Assembly: GCA_040954595.2 (NCBI GenBank)
Contig: CM082587.2
Location: forward strand, 3,797,993 to 3,861,992
From: Balanoglossus misakiensis
Lineage: Eukaryota; Animalia; Hemichordata
Length of the DNA: 64,000 nucleotides
Reading direction: 5' to 3'
Position numbers and translations under genes: made by a program. The notes under the pieces were generated by a model. That model saw only the letters and a list, made by a program, of their open reading frames with translations. It did no database searches and was not told the DNA's origin. Every line of letters begins with the position of its first letter. The first letter of the stretch is position 1. Below, piece by piece: positions 1 through 12,700 of this stretch.

Positions 1-49
1 GGCAACATGACACACTAAAAAAACATTTATGGTCTGGTCATCTGTTGTA

Positions 50-1624
50 TTACACAAACATTACCTTCTTAATCTTCTTGCTCTTCAAATCTTGAAACTT
101 TTTCAGATCGGCGCTGAATAAAACCTGTGCATTAAAAATCAAAATATTTAAGAATGAGTTATGGACTGCACTTTATGGCTTTTCGTATTTTCCACTATGG
201 ACCAGTCCAAATCCACTGTTTTCTATGGAAAGGTTGGACCACTAAAGAGGGGACTGGGGGTGAAAGAGTCAACGTTACTTACAGAATGTGCCCACCCTGC
301 ATAGTCTCCATACAAGTTTCGGAAGAAATCGCCAATCTCTCTGTAGACTCTGTCCGTCAATGATTTGGTCTTGGCCAGTTTCGGCATGTAGTCCCTGCTG
401 GCTATCTGCCACACATGCGTGTCCACTGGTATTGCTGAATGTTTGTCCAGTGACATCAGACATACACAGTCTGCAACCTGCAAAGTTTAATAGCAGTCCT
501 ATTAAATGCATTTTCAGTGGCAACAGAGTAACTGCATGAAACGCAGCTGTATTTTTCTGACTGGCTAATTCAAACCAATGTTCCCCTTTAATGTTAACTG
601 ACCTTTGAACCAACTCCTGGAAGTTTTAATAACTCGGAGTGAGCATCTTCGTAGGAAACCGATCTCAGAGACTGTAGCCAGCTTTCACCATGATTCTCCA
701 TGATGTACTTAGCAGATTGGTTGATATACTTGGCCCTGTATCCGAACCCTAAATTCCTCAGCTCCTGCTCAACACTCTTGTTGGCAAGTTTGGTAATGGA
801 TGGGAAGGCATAGTACGTTTTCCCATCCACACTGCAAATTTTCTCTCCATATTTTTCACACATGCGGTCAACCATGCCACTTATCCTCGCGATGTTATTA
901 TTTGAGGAGCAGATAAAAGCGAAAAGGTTCTCCGTGGGGTCTTGCCGCAGCACCCGTATGCCCGTGAAATCTGCGGCAACTTGTTTGAAGTTCGCGTCTG
1001 CTGCGCTCCATTTCTGATACAAATCTTCCAAGTTTGCATTCAGCTGGAAGTAATCACGCAGTGTACTCTCGGCAGAGTCGACATCCCGGGTGTCTGAACT
1101 CTCTTGCTTGATGCAGCTTTTTGATTCGGCAAGTTCAGTTTGTTTTGGTGACTGTCTGTGTTTTGATTTTGTCTTTGTTGGGGGTCTATCTTCTGTACTG
1201 GCATCTGCTGTGCTGTCCTGGGCGTGGCTGTGTATCTGATAGAAGACTTCGCGATCGCTCTGTTTCAAGGTCCACACCTTCTTTGCGAGCACACTCCTCC
1301 ATACCCCTGGCTTCACTTCCGTCCACCTGCAAAAATATCAATGATTCTTTATTGAATAGGCAAAATCATAAATTAGCTGCAATGATTGTAGCTAAGGCGA
1401 TCGCCGTGTACTCGCAAGCGACTGTGATGCACGGTGGTGGTGGTGGTGGGCGTTTCCGGAAATAAAGACGCGTTAACACTCGAGTTCAACTCTCATCGTT
1501 TTCTGTCTTTAAACCGTCCCTAAATGATGAGTTATACTGACCTGAAAGACTGTCCGCATGCAAGAACTATGTCTAGACGGAGTTCAGCTATTTTACACGG
1601 TATGGACCTCCAATTTGTCGCCAT
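50..1624 (-). CDS. OGG1: 8-oxoguanine DNA glycosylase/AP lyase OGG1. Exons 1624-1542, 1326-603, 477-283, 124-65. The last exon either reads on to TAA at 52-50 or splices to an exon outside the window.
   Basis: Spliced translation gives [16 protein letters not shown]...LRDYFQL...[31 protein letters not shown]...[13 protein letters not shown]...[22 protein letters not shown]...[10 protein letters not shown]...[14 protein letters not shown]. These are the OGG1 N-terminal domain, the HhH motif with catalytic Lys and the PVD catalytic Asp. All introns are GT-AG with consistent phases. In-frame upstream ATGs exist at 1678, 1690, 1741 and 1753. Confidence 0.96.
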
Positions 1625-2253
1625 CGAGTACGTAGGTGATATGTTTATTTTGTGCAAAATGTGCCAGTTTCTGATCATTTCAGCCAGCATCAGACTGGTA
1701 ATTTGACAGTCACGTCTTCGGATGTCCGAATCAGAATCCATTTCGGACTTCATTTGTATCGGTCTTGCACTTTTCAGGCACGCGCTTCGTTGTCAGTAAA
1801 AAGTAATATTGTCATGTGGTCGTAACATTTCAAATTTGGTTCATTCAGATACACAATTTACTATTTATATTATAAATTCGAACAGTAATTTAAAGACTTA
1901 CATAAACAGAATACAATTAAATAGACGAATCATCATGCTATTATTTACAGTATACGTAAACAAACGCTATGGCAACAGCGCGCCATAATGGCGGACGTAC
2001 GAAACTGACACTCAACTCGGCATCAGAAAAGTTCGAATCTACTCTACTGACAGCTTCTGTTGCTCCTGGTTCTGTCATTATTTGCGTGTAAAATGTAACA
2101 GAGAGGTAACATAGCAACAAAGCTTTGGCATTTACCGTGGTACCACCGACCTAGCAGTGCCTCGAGCCGCACCGCCCCAGCCTATCTATCACTGTGGACT
2201 GTGGTGCTATCACCAGACACAAGATTTGATTCCGACACTGACAGTATATCAAG
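1625..2253. promoter_or_regulatory. Divergent (bidirectional) promoter region between OGG1 and LRRIQ3-like, with RFX X-box-like and YY1-like motifs
   Basis: The two start codons lie ~630 bp apart on opposite strands. X-box-like sequences: CTATGGCAAC (~1967-1976) and GGTAACATAGCAAC (2105-2118). Palindromic CGCCATAATGGCG (~1981-1993) contains the YY1-type ATGGCGG core. Confidence 0.55.
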
Positions 2254-2663
2254 ATGGTCAGCATACCGGACTGGAGTAAATTCGCCCGGCTGACGGGATC
2301 GCCGAACAAACCGTCAAACCTTGATTCGAAGTATGAAAAAATTCGACAGGAAAAGTTCTACAGGGAAGCGGAAGAGAAGGGCTATTTGCAAAACCTGAGC
2401 AAGGCCATGTTGAAGGAACAATGCATCCAAAACGCCGAAAAAGAGACGCTACGAACAATCAAGTTCGTCAAGTTGGTCGGTGTTCACCTCAGAGATATAA
2501 TGTGTATATATATTTGCAAAAGACTTCGAATATGCATTCTGCATTCGAACTACATCAGTAGGTTCGATGCCTTGATAGCATGCCCTGAACTCATTAAACT
2601 TGATTTACACAGTAATCAGGTAGGTTGATTTTCACAATGATGATGATGATGATGATGATGATT

Positions 2664-2695
<32 letters not shown>

Positions 2696-2716
2696 GATGA
2701 TGATGATGATGATCAT

Positions 2717-2798
<82 letters not shown>

Positions 2799-5567
2799 AG
2801 TGATGATGATGATTAAAAACATATATTTTTGCATTGTCGCATCTCAACTACTAGATCTCCGTTCTGCCTGGTGCTGAGTTCTGGCAAAGTTTGAGTGAAT
2901 TACGGATACTACATCTGCACAACAACAGCATTGGTAGACTTGAACACTTGCAAAGTCTCAGCCACTGTCCAAACCTGGAAGCCTTAACATTGTACGACAC
3001 ACCGGTCAGTCTCAAGAAAGCCTACAGACATCATGTCGTAAACAGGTAAGATTTAAAAAATGCAAATATAAAATCACAGCATAGCAAAAGAACAACCACC
3101 ATAGTTTTGTCATCAACAATCAATTGCATGAGCATCATTGTACCTGGTGGGGAGTGTTGCTAAGAAATGTTTCCTGTTTTCGTCGACAGTGTTTGGTCAC
3201 TGCGAGCGCTGGACAAACACGTCGTTTCAGACGAAGAGATCATAGAGGATGCAGCGTTTGGTGGTCCCTACGCTGCAATGAATCCAAACTTCTACATCGA
3301 TCTCATGCCACCATCGAGAAAAGTAAGTAGTGCAAAAGGGTGATGGAATTCAGTTTCCATTCCTATTCACATGATGTCTTACAAGAACCTCTATAAACCA
3401 GACACCTCTACAAATCGAACAGTTTCTTCAGTCCTTTGATGTCCGGTATAAACAGGTTTTACTGTATAGTTGCAGAGTTTGAGGGAATCAAAACATCCAT
3501 GATGAAATATGTTGATGGCCACTATAATCATTGTCGTTTCAGGACAGCAAGTTTGACATTGAGATGCAGATTGTGCATCTGGTTCTCAGTCAGGTCTCTC
3601 GCATCCAGGCGAGGTATTCCCCGGTGCTGATCATACAGAGGTACATCCGTGGGTACATCGCCAGGAAACGGTTTCAACTCATACAGGACACAAGAATATG
3701 GTGAGTGTTAAAGAAAGACTGGGTCTGCCACCAGAGGGATAGCTACAAAGTGACTGCTCCCATGGGTAAATCTGCACATCCCCATTGTATTGTTCTCACG
3801 ACTTCTATCTTCCGTTGCTTCCCTCCCCAGGGCTGCTGTGTCAATACAGAGGTACTATCGTGACTACAAAGGGATCCCCAAACCGGAGCCAGCGCCCCCG
3901 CCAACCTCACCACTACCCGGGACATCGGTCGACGACTCCTCGTCGCTCAGGATCGATTTTGACACCTACATGCAGAACAGAAGACCTGGGTCACAGACAC
4001 CGAGTCTGGCTTCGGGCCACGGCGACAGACTTCCGACCAGACCCAGTAAACTCCAGTCTCCCATCAAAGAGGAATCTCTGCAGGTATGGAGGAAATCTCA
4101 TGTGGTCAGGTTTTCACTCCTTGCTTGTGGTTCCAGTACTAGTATGTCAAACTCAATATGAAATCACCAATCACAATCTTAAGAAAGACCATATGTGGGA
4201 TTTAGTTCACGAATAGAAAAATTGATTTCTTCTACTTTCTTCTCATTTATTAGATGAAACCAACCGAGTCGCCGAGCAAGCTGAGGTTGCACTCGCAGTC
4301 TCCTTTCCGGAAGAAGACCAACCTTCACATCAACTTGACCAAACTGCAGTCGGGCACCATCCACTACCTGCAGGACTCGCAGGACTCCATCATTTTCGAG
4401 ACGACGCAGCCCAGCAAGTCTTTCCGCTCCGTCCTGGACGAGCCCATGAAGCTGGACGGAAGCCGGGCGCGCAGAGAGAAGAAGAAGAAGCGAGAGGTGA
4501 AAACGGTGAAGCAGATGCTGGGACCACTGCCTGGTCTGGATCAGTTATCCGAACGCGGCAGCGACCGAGAGACAGACGATGAGGAGACGGGGAAAGTTCT
4601 CTTCCGGTTGAGGGGAATGAAACCGACCGTTTTCGACACCGATCCGCTGCAGTACATGTTGATTTCGAGGAGGGACGCGGCCCGGGACGTGAGGGACGCC
4701 GACAGACTCTTCATAATGAAACGCAACAGCATGCCGAAACCCACCATTGCCGCGAAGAGAAGGGCGAACGCCGATCAGAAGCTGTTCTCGCGCGTACAGG
4801 GGACCATGGGAATGTCGAGCCTGCGGGCCGTGCAGCAGGCGTACAAGGACCGAGAGCAGGCGGAGAAAATGTCCGCCAAAATGGATTACATCATGGGACT
4901 CAGAGAGCAGCGGGAGCAGTCGAAACGCAGGGTCAAAGGTTACCTGGAGGAAAAGAGGGTTCTCGCCCAGCAGAACCGCGAGCGGGAGGTGAACATGATG
5001 TCGGACACCCTGGAGCAACACGAGCAAAAGTGGAAAGAAGATTTAGATCACCGTCGGGAGCGGCGGGGCAAGTCGTCGCACCTGACGCACGCCAAGCGCA
5101 ACGACTCGCTCTTCGTGCTGGACTTCAACAGCCAGCACACGTCGGTGTCCAACGCGCTGCTGCGCCACGACCGGCAGGCCAAGCGGGAGGACCACTACCA
5201 GGAGAAGCAGGACGTGGTGCAGACCACCAAGGAAAGCGAGACGCAGCAGCGGGAGCTGGTGCAGAAGTACCTGGAGCACCGCAAGCTGATGCGCCAGGCG
5301 CACGCCGCCATGGAGCGCGCCACGCTGGACACCCGCATGCTGCAGGAGACCAACGACAAGCTGATGGAGGCCCGCAACCGCGTGGTGCAGCAGAAGCAGA
5401 AGCAGAAGACCGTGCAGGCCTTCTACCCGCTGCCCAAGTCGGCATCCTCGCTGGAAATCGCCAAAGGGGACCCCAGCAAGAAACACCACGAGAAGACGGA
5501 CAGGTGGAATTCTATGGTGGTGGCACAAGATGGACGAATTGGAAATCATCATACCTTTGTGAAATAA
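2254..5567 (+). CDS. LRRIQ3: Leucine-rich repeat and IQ domain-containing protein 3-like (~804 aa). Exons 2254-2619, 2855-3045, 3190-3322, 3543-3700, 3831-4083, 4254-5567.
   Basis: LRR units (LRICILHSNYI, LIKLDLHSNQI, LRILHLHNNSI), an LRRcap-like YRHHVVNSVWSLRALDKHVVSDEEII segment, two IQ motifs (IIQRYIRGYIARK, VSIQRYYRDYK) and a long coiled-coil C-terminus. All junctions are GT-AG and phase-compatible. AATAAA overlaps the stop codon. Confidence 0.85.
2637..2813. repeat. (GAT)n trinucleotide microsatellite filling most of LRRIQ3-like intron 1
   Basis: Near-perfect ATG/GAT run of ~175 bp with a few interruptions. Confidence 0.97.
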
Positions 5568-6762
5568 AAAACATAAAATAGAATTGTGTTTAATAGCGTT
5601 ACCCTCTGTGGAGTTGGCAGTATGCATAAGATGCTACATTGACAATGTTTAGCTTTCATGTTACCACGATAACTATGGTGTGTTTCATACAGAAGCATCA
5701 ACTTTTCTATTAACACATATCAAATTGTGAATAACACGTACTGCTCCAGAAATTATTTACAAGCTGCAAGACTGGATGTAAAATTTCTTGGTGAGAACTA
5801 TTAAAAAAAGACAAAGTTCAATTGTGGCATTTTTGTTTGATTGGAGTTACTTTGTTATGTGCTGAAGTTTTGTTATGTTTTCAGTGTCTTTTGGAGATCA
5901 TTACTGAGAGTGTACCAATTTTTTCGCTGGTGTTTTTCAATACATTCCAAATAATTTTAATCCTATCAGTGTCACATTCTTTTGTGAACATTTCAAATGC
6001 CATTCATTTCCTTCTGTCCATAAATGCACACATCCCTGATGACACTCATAGTGTCATGATTCATACAAAAAGCCTTCCACAAAGATCATGAGCATTAAAA
6101 CTATTGAAACATATCACTCATTGCAAAATGAATTAAAACTTTATCAGGCCAAGCTCTTGAGTATTTCAAGAATTATAATTTATGCATGATTTTTACTGAG
6201 ATTGTAAATGTTAACATTGCAATTAAAATATTTTAATGTAAATTTATTAATTCTGTAAATTTCTGCTTGTAAATAAAAAATATTTCCATGGTTACTGTTG
6301 TTAAATTCATCCAGTGTTTACTTTTTATTTGATCCCCTGTGCATGTGTGGAGGAGATTGGGGTGCATGGATTATATTCTATGGGTTTCTGAATGCACTAA
6401 TTGTGGCCCTTACTTTGTCTATGGTGTCTTTTAACTAAATTAACAACTTTCTGGTTGCTTTTAAGTTTCAAATTCACACAAAAATGCAAAATTCAAGTCA
6501 TTTTATGTACGTTAGTCCCCGGATGAGCTTTTCTGAAGAGCGCCCCCATCGTCGACTTGGTGTGTGACCTCGCCAGTTGAAAGTTCATAGGTCATCAGCT
6601 GGGTAACACGTGCAACAACTGAAGCTGTGTTCGTTGCACAACAAAACGTCGCCTTGAAGTCTCATTTGGTAACATTTCCGGTCGTGTGTTCTGTAGTGAG
6701 GTGTTTTGAAAACGAAGGCAAGATTCTGATATCAGTTTTATCTTGAATACACAGTGACAGCC

Positions 6763-9700
6763 ATGCCAGCAGGAGGAAAAATCAATCGCCCAAGAAAGCC
6801 TAAGGTGAGTGTCATGTGTGGTGATGATACAGGTACCGAACGTCTCAACTACATTGTAGGTGACTGTTGAAAAGCATGTATTACCCAAGCTAAGGAATTC
6901 ATAGTCTAGAGTATAGCAGGGTTTTTTCTAGACAGCAGATGTCAGGTGTACAGGGCCTGGCAACTACTGTCCAGCAGTGCACACTGGAATAATACTACAT
7001 GTAGTATGATGGTCATCATTTCACTACATGAGGGCGCCACCAGTACACTGGTGTATCCATGATGGAGTCAAACATGGATGGTGTATCTTCAAATGACTTG
7101 AGGTAGTTTACAGTCAATAGGTCTCTAAGGAAAAATATTAGTGGGTATATCAAAAGGACATGCTTTTTCGTTTCATAGTCAGACAAGATGCTGGCCGCGA
7201 ATGGGAATTGATATATGCAAACAAACTGATGTATCATTTTTCATAAATTCTTTATTAAGTATTGCACATGCAAAGTGATAATTGAAGACATATATGTATA
7301 CATGTAACAGGGAAAGCTTTCCAATCACATACAGTTACGATTTGTGTAGATATCTAAGCAAGAATGGAAGACCCAGTGAAAAGATTTTTCAGCGTGAAAT
7401 ATTCAAAAGAAGTACTTGTGTACAATGTGCACAAAACTGATAATAAGTAACTCAATCGACCAGCATGCCCCTCAGTCAATATGGCAAATCACTGGTGAAA
7501 GCACCTGAAAGTCAAAATGTATTTACAGATTCAGCATGTATGATACTTTAGAGATGAATAAATGGTATGAGCATATTTTAAAACAACTCTTTCTCAAGTC
7601 AAAGTAAAGTTTATATTCATTAGATTTATTAGATTGTGTGCTTTGTAAAGCTATATTCAAGCCTGTCAAGTCCCTTTTAAAAGTTTTCTTCGCACCGAAG
7701 TTGATCAAACTTCTTCATGATATGCTTTGAAAAATCTGAATTTGAAAAATTGTGACATTTTATATATCTTACAGCATATGAATTGCATCAAATAAGAGAA
7801 AAGCAAGTGTCTTCTTTCACTATCAATGATTGAGCACCACCAGAAATGGTCAACTGTCTCACAAAAAAAACTTAAAATTTGTACATTACTACACAAACTG
7901 TTAACTGTGTGTGTTCATGTGGGTGTATATGTGCATGTACGTGTTTCAGCGACTTGCCAATTCCACCCTACACATGTACCTTTCAAAATGTTTTGTGGTC
8001 CTAGGGTGTGTGTGTTGTCTACTTTGCAGTCAACTCAAAGTAGGTGACATGAAAGTGTCATTAAAAGGTGACCAGAAAGTACCGGGTATCTTGGATAAGC
8101 CTAGGCTATTGTATCACAAAAAAAAACAGTTTGTTGAATGTTCGTTGATATTTTGTTAAGTACTGGTGTTATTCACATGGCATGTGTTTCAAAAATGGCT
8201 GCCCAAAATTGGCAGATTTCATTGAAGGTTTCAGTTTTTGCTAGTCAAAATATAGAACTTCAAGCTGTATATAATTTGTTCATAGTCTGTTCCAAAAATG
8301 ACATCTGATTGTGGGATGAAATTCCTTTTATTCTGAAAATTTGAACTGCTTTCTCAGTTCATCAGTTTCTTAGACCATTTACAAATAACAAAAGTCTTTT
8401 AAGTTTAGAAACATTCATCACAGTGCACATTTTACACCTTTGGTCACAAGGAAAATGAATAAAATCAATTTATATTATTATTACATTTATATTAATATCA
8501 AGGAAATTTTATTTATCAGAGGATTGCAGCCCTTTGTCCTTCCGGGATATCTCATTGTATGTATCAAGCATCGACTGCCGCGTTTTCTCTAAAAGCTCCG
8601 GAACATCTGAATCAGTCAGCCCCTTTGTGTGTACCGGTGGCAAAACTTTGATGGTGAATTTCACTGGGGGAAAAGAGAGAGAGGTACAAGTTAATGTCGT
8701 TCACACAAATATTTGCTGCTGAAACTATTGCACATTAGCGCATCACTGCGCGAATTTCTGAGATCTCGGCAGATCATGACTTGATTGAGGAATTACGATT
8801 CTGCATACATCTCACAAGGGATGTCTTCACACCTCATTGCTGCAGGGAAAATCGACCGCACTACAATGAAGAATGTACTATCTAATTTAGAGGCACTGCA
8901 CGGGCCAAACTGCAAGGTCGCAGTTGAGTAATGGGGACTGTGGAAAAGTAATCTTGAGAGACAGCAGTCTGCTGGGCACAGGGTCTGGGCTACTGAATCA
9001 ATGATTCACATTGCTGATTAATGTCTGGCAAGTGATTCATTCCCTGTTGAGTCACAACAGACTTGTGGCTTGCAATGTCCTCGTGGAAAATGGACATTTT
9101 TTTTAACGCTGCACTATCTGTAACCATGGTTTCTTGTTTGGCTGTAAGACGCAGTTTTGTAGATTTGAGGTTGAATCTGATCCTGTGTACTAATATTAAA
9201 TTCAAGATGCCGGTAGCAATTCTTATTCTGATGCTAGCTTAGTGTGTCACTGTACTTACAATTGTTGGTAAATTTCTTCTCTTTCTGGTTGAAATATTCT
9301 GTGTAGTTTGAAAAAACAATTGGAACAAGGGGTACCTGAGTGATGATCGGAAAAAAAAAGAAATGAACAATTATTTTCAGGAATTAGCATATTGACCCTT
9401 GACCTTATACCAGCAGACAAAAGAAAATAATTAATTCATCATAGAGACTTGCTAATGCAAATTTTAAGAGGCTTTCACTAATCATTTCTCATAAAGTTTA
9501 ATGATAAGAAAGATCTGCTTAGAATTAGATGTTCTATCATCCATTAGCACTGACAGATGGATGACAAATGTCCCGTAATATATCAACTGGAAATTCTCTC
9601 TTATTTTCCCTGCATGGCTGCAGACTAAATAACTATTACTGATGATGAATACATTACCATAACAAAGAAACGAGTATGAATGTATGATATGATTTTGCAA

Positions 9701-12700
9701 TTAGTATACACGTAAAACCAACAACGCTTTAGACGTATGCAAGCGTTTTGCCACTGTAGAATCTTAAAGATAATGAAATTTTTAATGAATGTTTTTAAAA
9801 GTACAGACAGTATAAGACCATTTAGTAATTTATAATTTATACATTTCACTACAATGGTGTCACTTTCACATGTGAGAATTGTCCAATGCAGACATGTACC
9901 AGACATCCTGATGCAATCTATCATCATTTAGAGCTCAGTAAAAATAACAGCGTAAATGTCAGACTAGCATCCGTGGATACACACAGACAATATTAAATGG
10001 TTCACAAGTTCACAACTCTCAAAGGAAATATTGTATGGCAGATACAAACTGCCTTCAGGGATATCATTGGTTTGGGATATTATTAGTACTATATATAGCT
10101 GTGTATTTTCTTTCATTACAAATACATGTAGGTTCTTACCTGACCCTGTATGGCCAGATGAAAGGCACCTTTTTTGAAAGGCAGCAATCCACCGTTGGGG
10201 TTTCTTGTACCTTCTGGAAATATCCACACTTTAGCCTGCATGCACCGCAAAAAAGAGAGAAATTAGTGTTTTTGATAAACATTTACAATTCTGCGAATAT
10301 GAGTCTGTTCCTTGAGATCTGTCAGAAAGGGTTCATACTCACATTTTTCTTATTAATTATCTCGACAGTCTTGATGATAGTATCTTTGGCTTTGTCTGGT
10401 CTGTGTCTGTCGATGAAAATGATGCCTGATAGCCACATTCCCAGCCCGAAGGTTCCGGCATATTTTAAGGACCTTTTGGCTAATGCTGTACATCTGTCTG
10501 GATAAATCTCCATCATTCCTGTTGTGGGGAGGGGGGGGGGGGGGAAGGGAGAGATTATAATAGATTTGCAAACAGATCATTTTGTGTATGTGTGTATACC
10601 CTACAGTATCTAGAGCATAAACTGATATTGTCTGTCTGTATGTTTGGATGTATAACAGTATATGTATATATACATATGTGCATGCATGTAAATATGTGTG
10701 CATGTATGTATGTCTGTATGTACAGGGGGGTTTGATGTATATGTGTGTACATGTATATGATTTTGCATTGGACAGAATACATGTTATGACATTGCAAAGA
10801 GATGCTCATAAAATTCTCCCACATGAAAGTATTTTCATTGCACTAAACTGATGAATGGACTGTCTGTGGTTTCTAAAAGTAGCACGGTGACACGTGTTGG
10901 CGTGGCAATTTCTATCAACACTGCAACAGCCCTTGTGGCAATCGTACATGTAGCTATACATCCCGTAGGTAATCCATTTTCATCCAATGTTTACTGAATC
11001 TCATTTGAATATGAATCTTTGAAACCACTTGTGTATAAAAATAATTCCCCTCTTGATTTGCATGTGTGTCGATTCAATAGATTATAATAGATGCAAACTG
11101 TACATAAACAGCAGCTGGTGCACAAATTTTTTTAAACCTGCACATTTCTTTAAACATATTCTTTTGTGCATTGCCATGGATGCAGATGAGTGTGCTAATT
11201 GTGAAAAAATTCTGAATATGAAATTTATTACTTTGACCTTGAATACACAAAATCCTACCAGCGACCCACATGTTCCATTAACACAAAATACTACAATTGT
11301 GCAAATGAGTCACTGCTCACTTCTATAATTTATAATACGTGGATCTACTTTATAGGTAGACTTTTCAGTGCATAGATCTATATATTTGTTTTCGACCTCA
11401 CTTTCAGTTATTATAGAAATTTTTATCACAGTTTGTCAATATGATTTTATACCACCAGTAGCATATAGCTAATTGCTTTATTGTTATATAACCTATATAA
11501 CCAGATATTTAAAATTGGAGTAAATTGCTCATCAATGGCTGCTGCAGTAAAATTGGGGCCGTCTTAATAGCCATATAGAAGAACGAATATGGTCCACCAT
11601 ACTGGACCATAGTGCTCCTTTAAACTGACAGCTGATTGAGTAAAGTGTATAAAACATTCCCAATAATTCCCTAAAATATATTGCATATTCGGTGTTTGAT
11701 GTGTACTGACTGTGTGGATAGGAAGGACTATGCTTTTACCATTAGTTCAAAGGACAGAAATTTTTATCTCATCTTTGCATGTAGGTGACACCTGGTGACT
11801 GAGACAATCACACCACACTTCTTGACCTGACAACATACTTTGAACTTTGATCTACAAAACAATCCTCACAAGTGGTTGGAGATCTCACAAACTGTTTTGT
11901 TTGAAACTTATCACACGCTGGATAATTGAAACATCGTACCATCCAAACACTGATAGCGGTGTAATATCTTTGTGAATTCAGTACTCAGAGCGTGGCTTGT
12001 ACACAAGAAATTATGGGAACACCAGCCCCTTGACCATATAGCGATTACCAGTACATTCTGGTGCGTAATGTAAACAGTTTTGTTGGCAGAGATGGAAAAC
12101 CCACAAACAGAAGACACCCGGGTCAGAATCATTAAAATGAAATGTCAAAAGGGATGTGGGGTAAAGTTTCCCAACTTTCCTGTATCTGTGCTACCCAGAT
12201 TACTGTAAAAAGGAAGATGATCTCCGCCAAAGGTCAAAGGTCACAAAGGGGAAATAACAAATACCTTAAATTGTCTGTATAAGTAACTGAATCAGTGAAA
12301 CTGGAACTACATACAGTATTCAAATGTAGTTTCTCTTCAAAATCACTCAACTTTGGTTTAGCCTGGAGCTGACACCATTTCTCACAAAGAGAGACGGAAT
12401 ACTCACCTACGAAATCAATAGTAGTTTGGTGATTACAGATGGCAATGTAAGGTGTGTCACTTTTCAAGTTTTCTCCGTCTTCCACTGTGATTCGAATCCC
12501 GAACATCGGCTTCACAAACACTCTGGTTGCCCATGACGCCCAACTGTAATGAACGACAAACAAATTTCATTTATACTTTCGATGTTACTCATAACCATTC
12601 AGTATTTCTACTTTGAAAGCCCCCTCCCCCTCTGAAAAAAGACCATTTTCAGAACTCCACAAGACCCTTTGAGATCTGGTGTTGCCAGGCAATTCAGTTG

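Noticed and set aside
2616-2834. Poly-Ile/His and poly-Met/Asp ORFs
   Set aside because: These are translations of the intronic (GAT)n microsatellite.
4541-5627. Multiple overlapping and antisense ORFs up to 194 aa
   Set aside because: Shadow frames of the GC3-rich LRRIQ3-like exon with no recognisable domains.
10035-10505. 156-aa hydrophobic + strand ORF
   Set aside because: Antisense to AGPAT exons 3-4 and spanning their intron; no family motifs.
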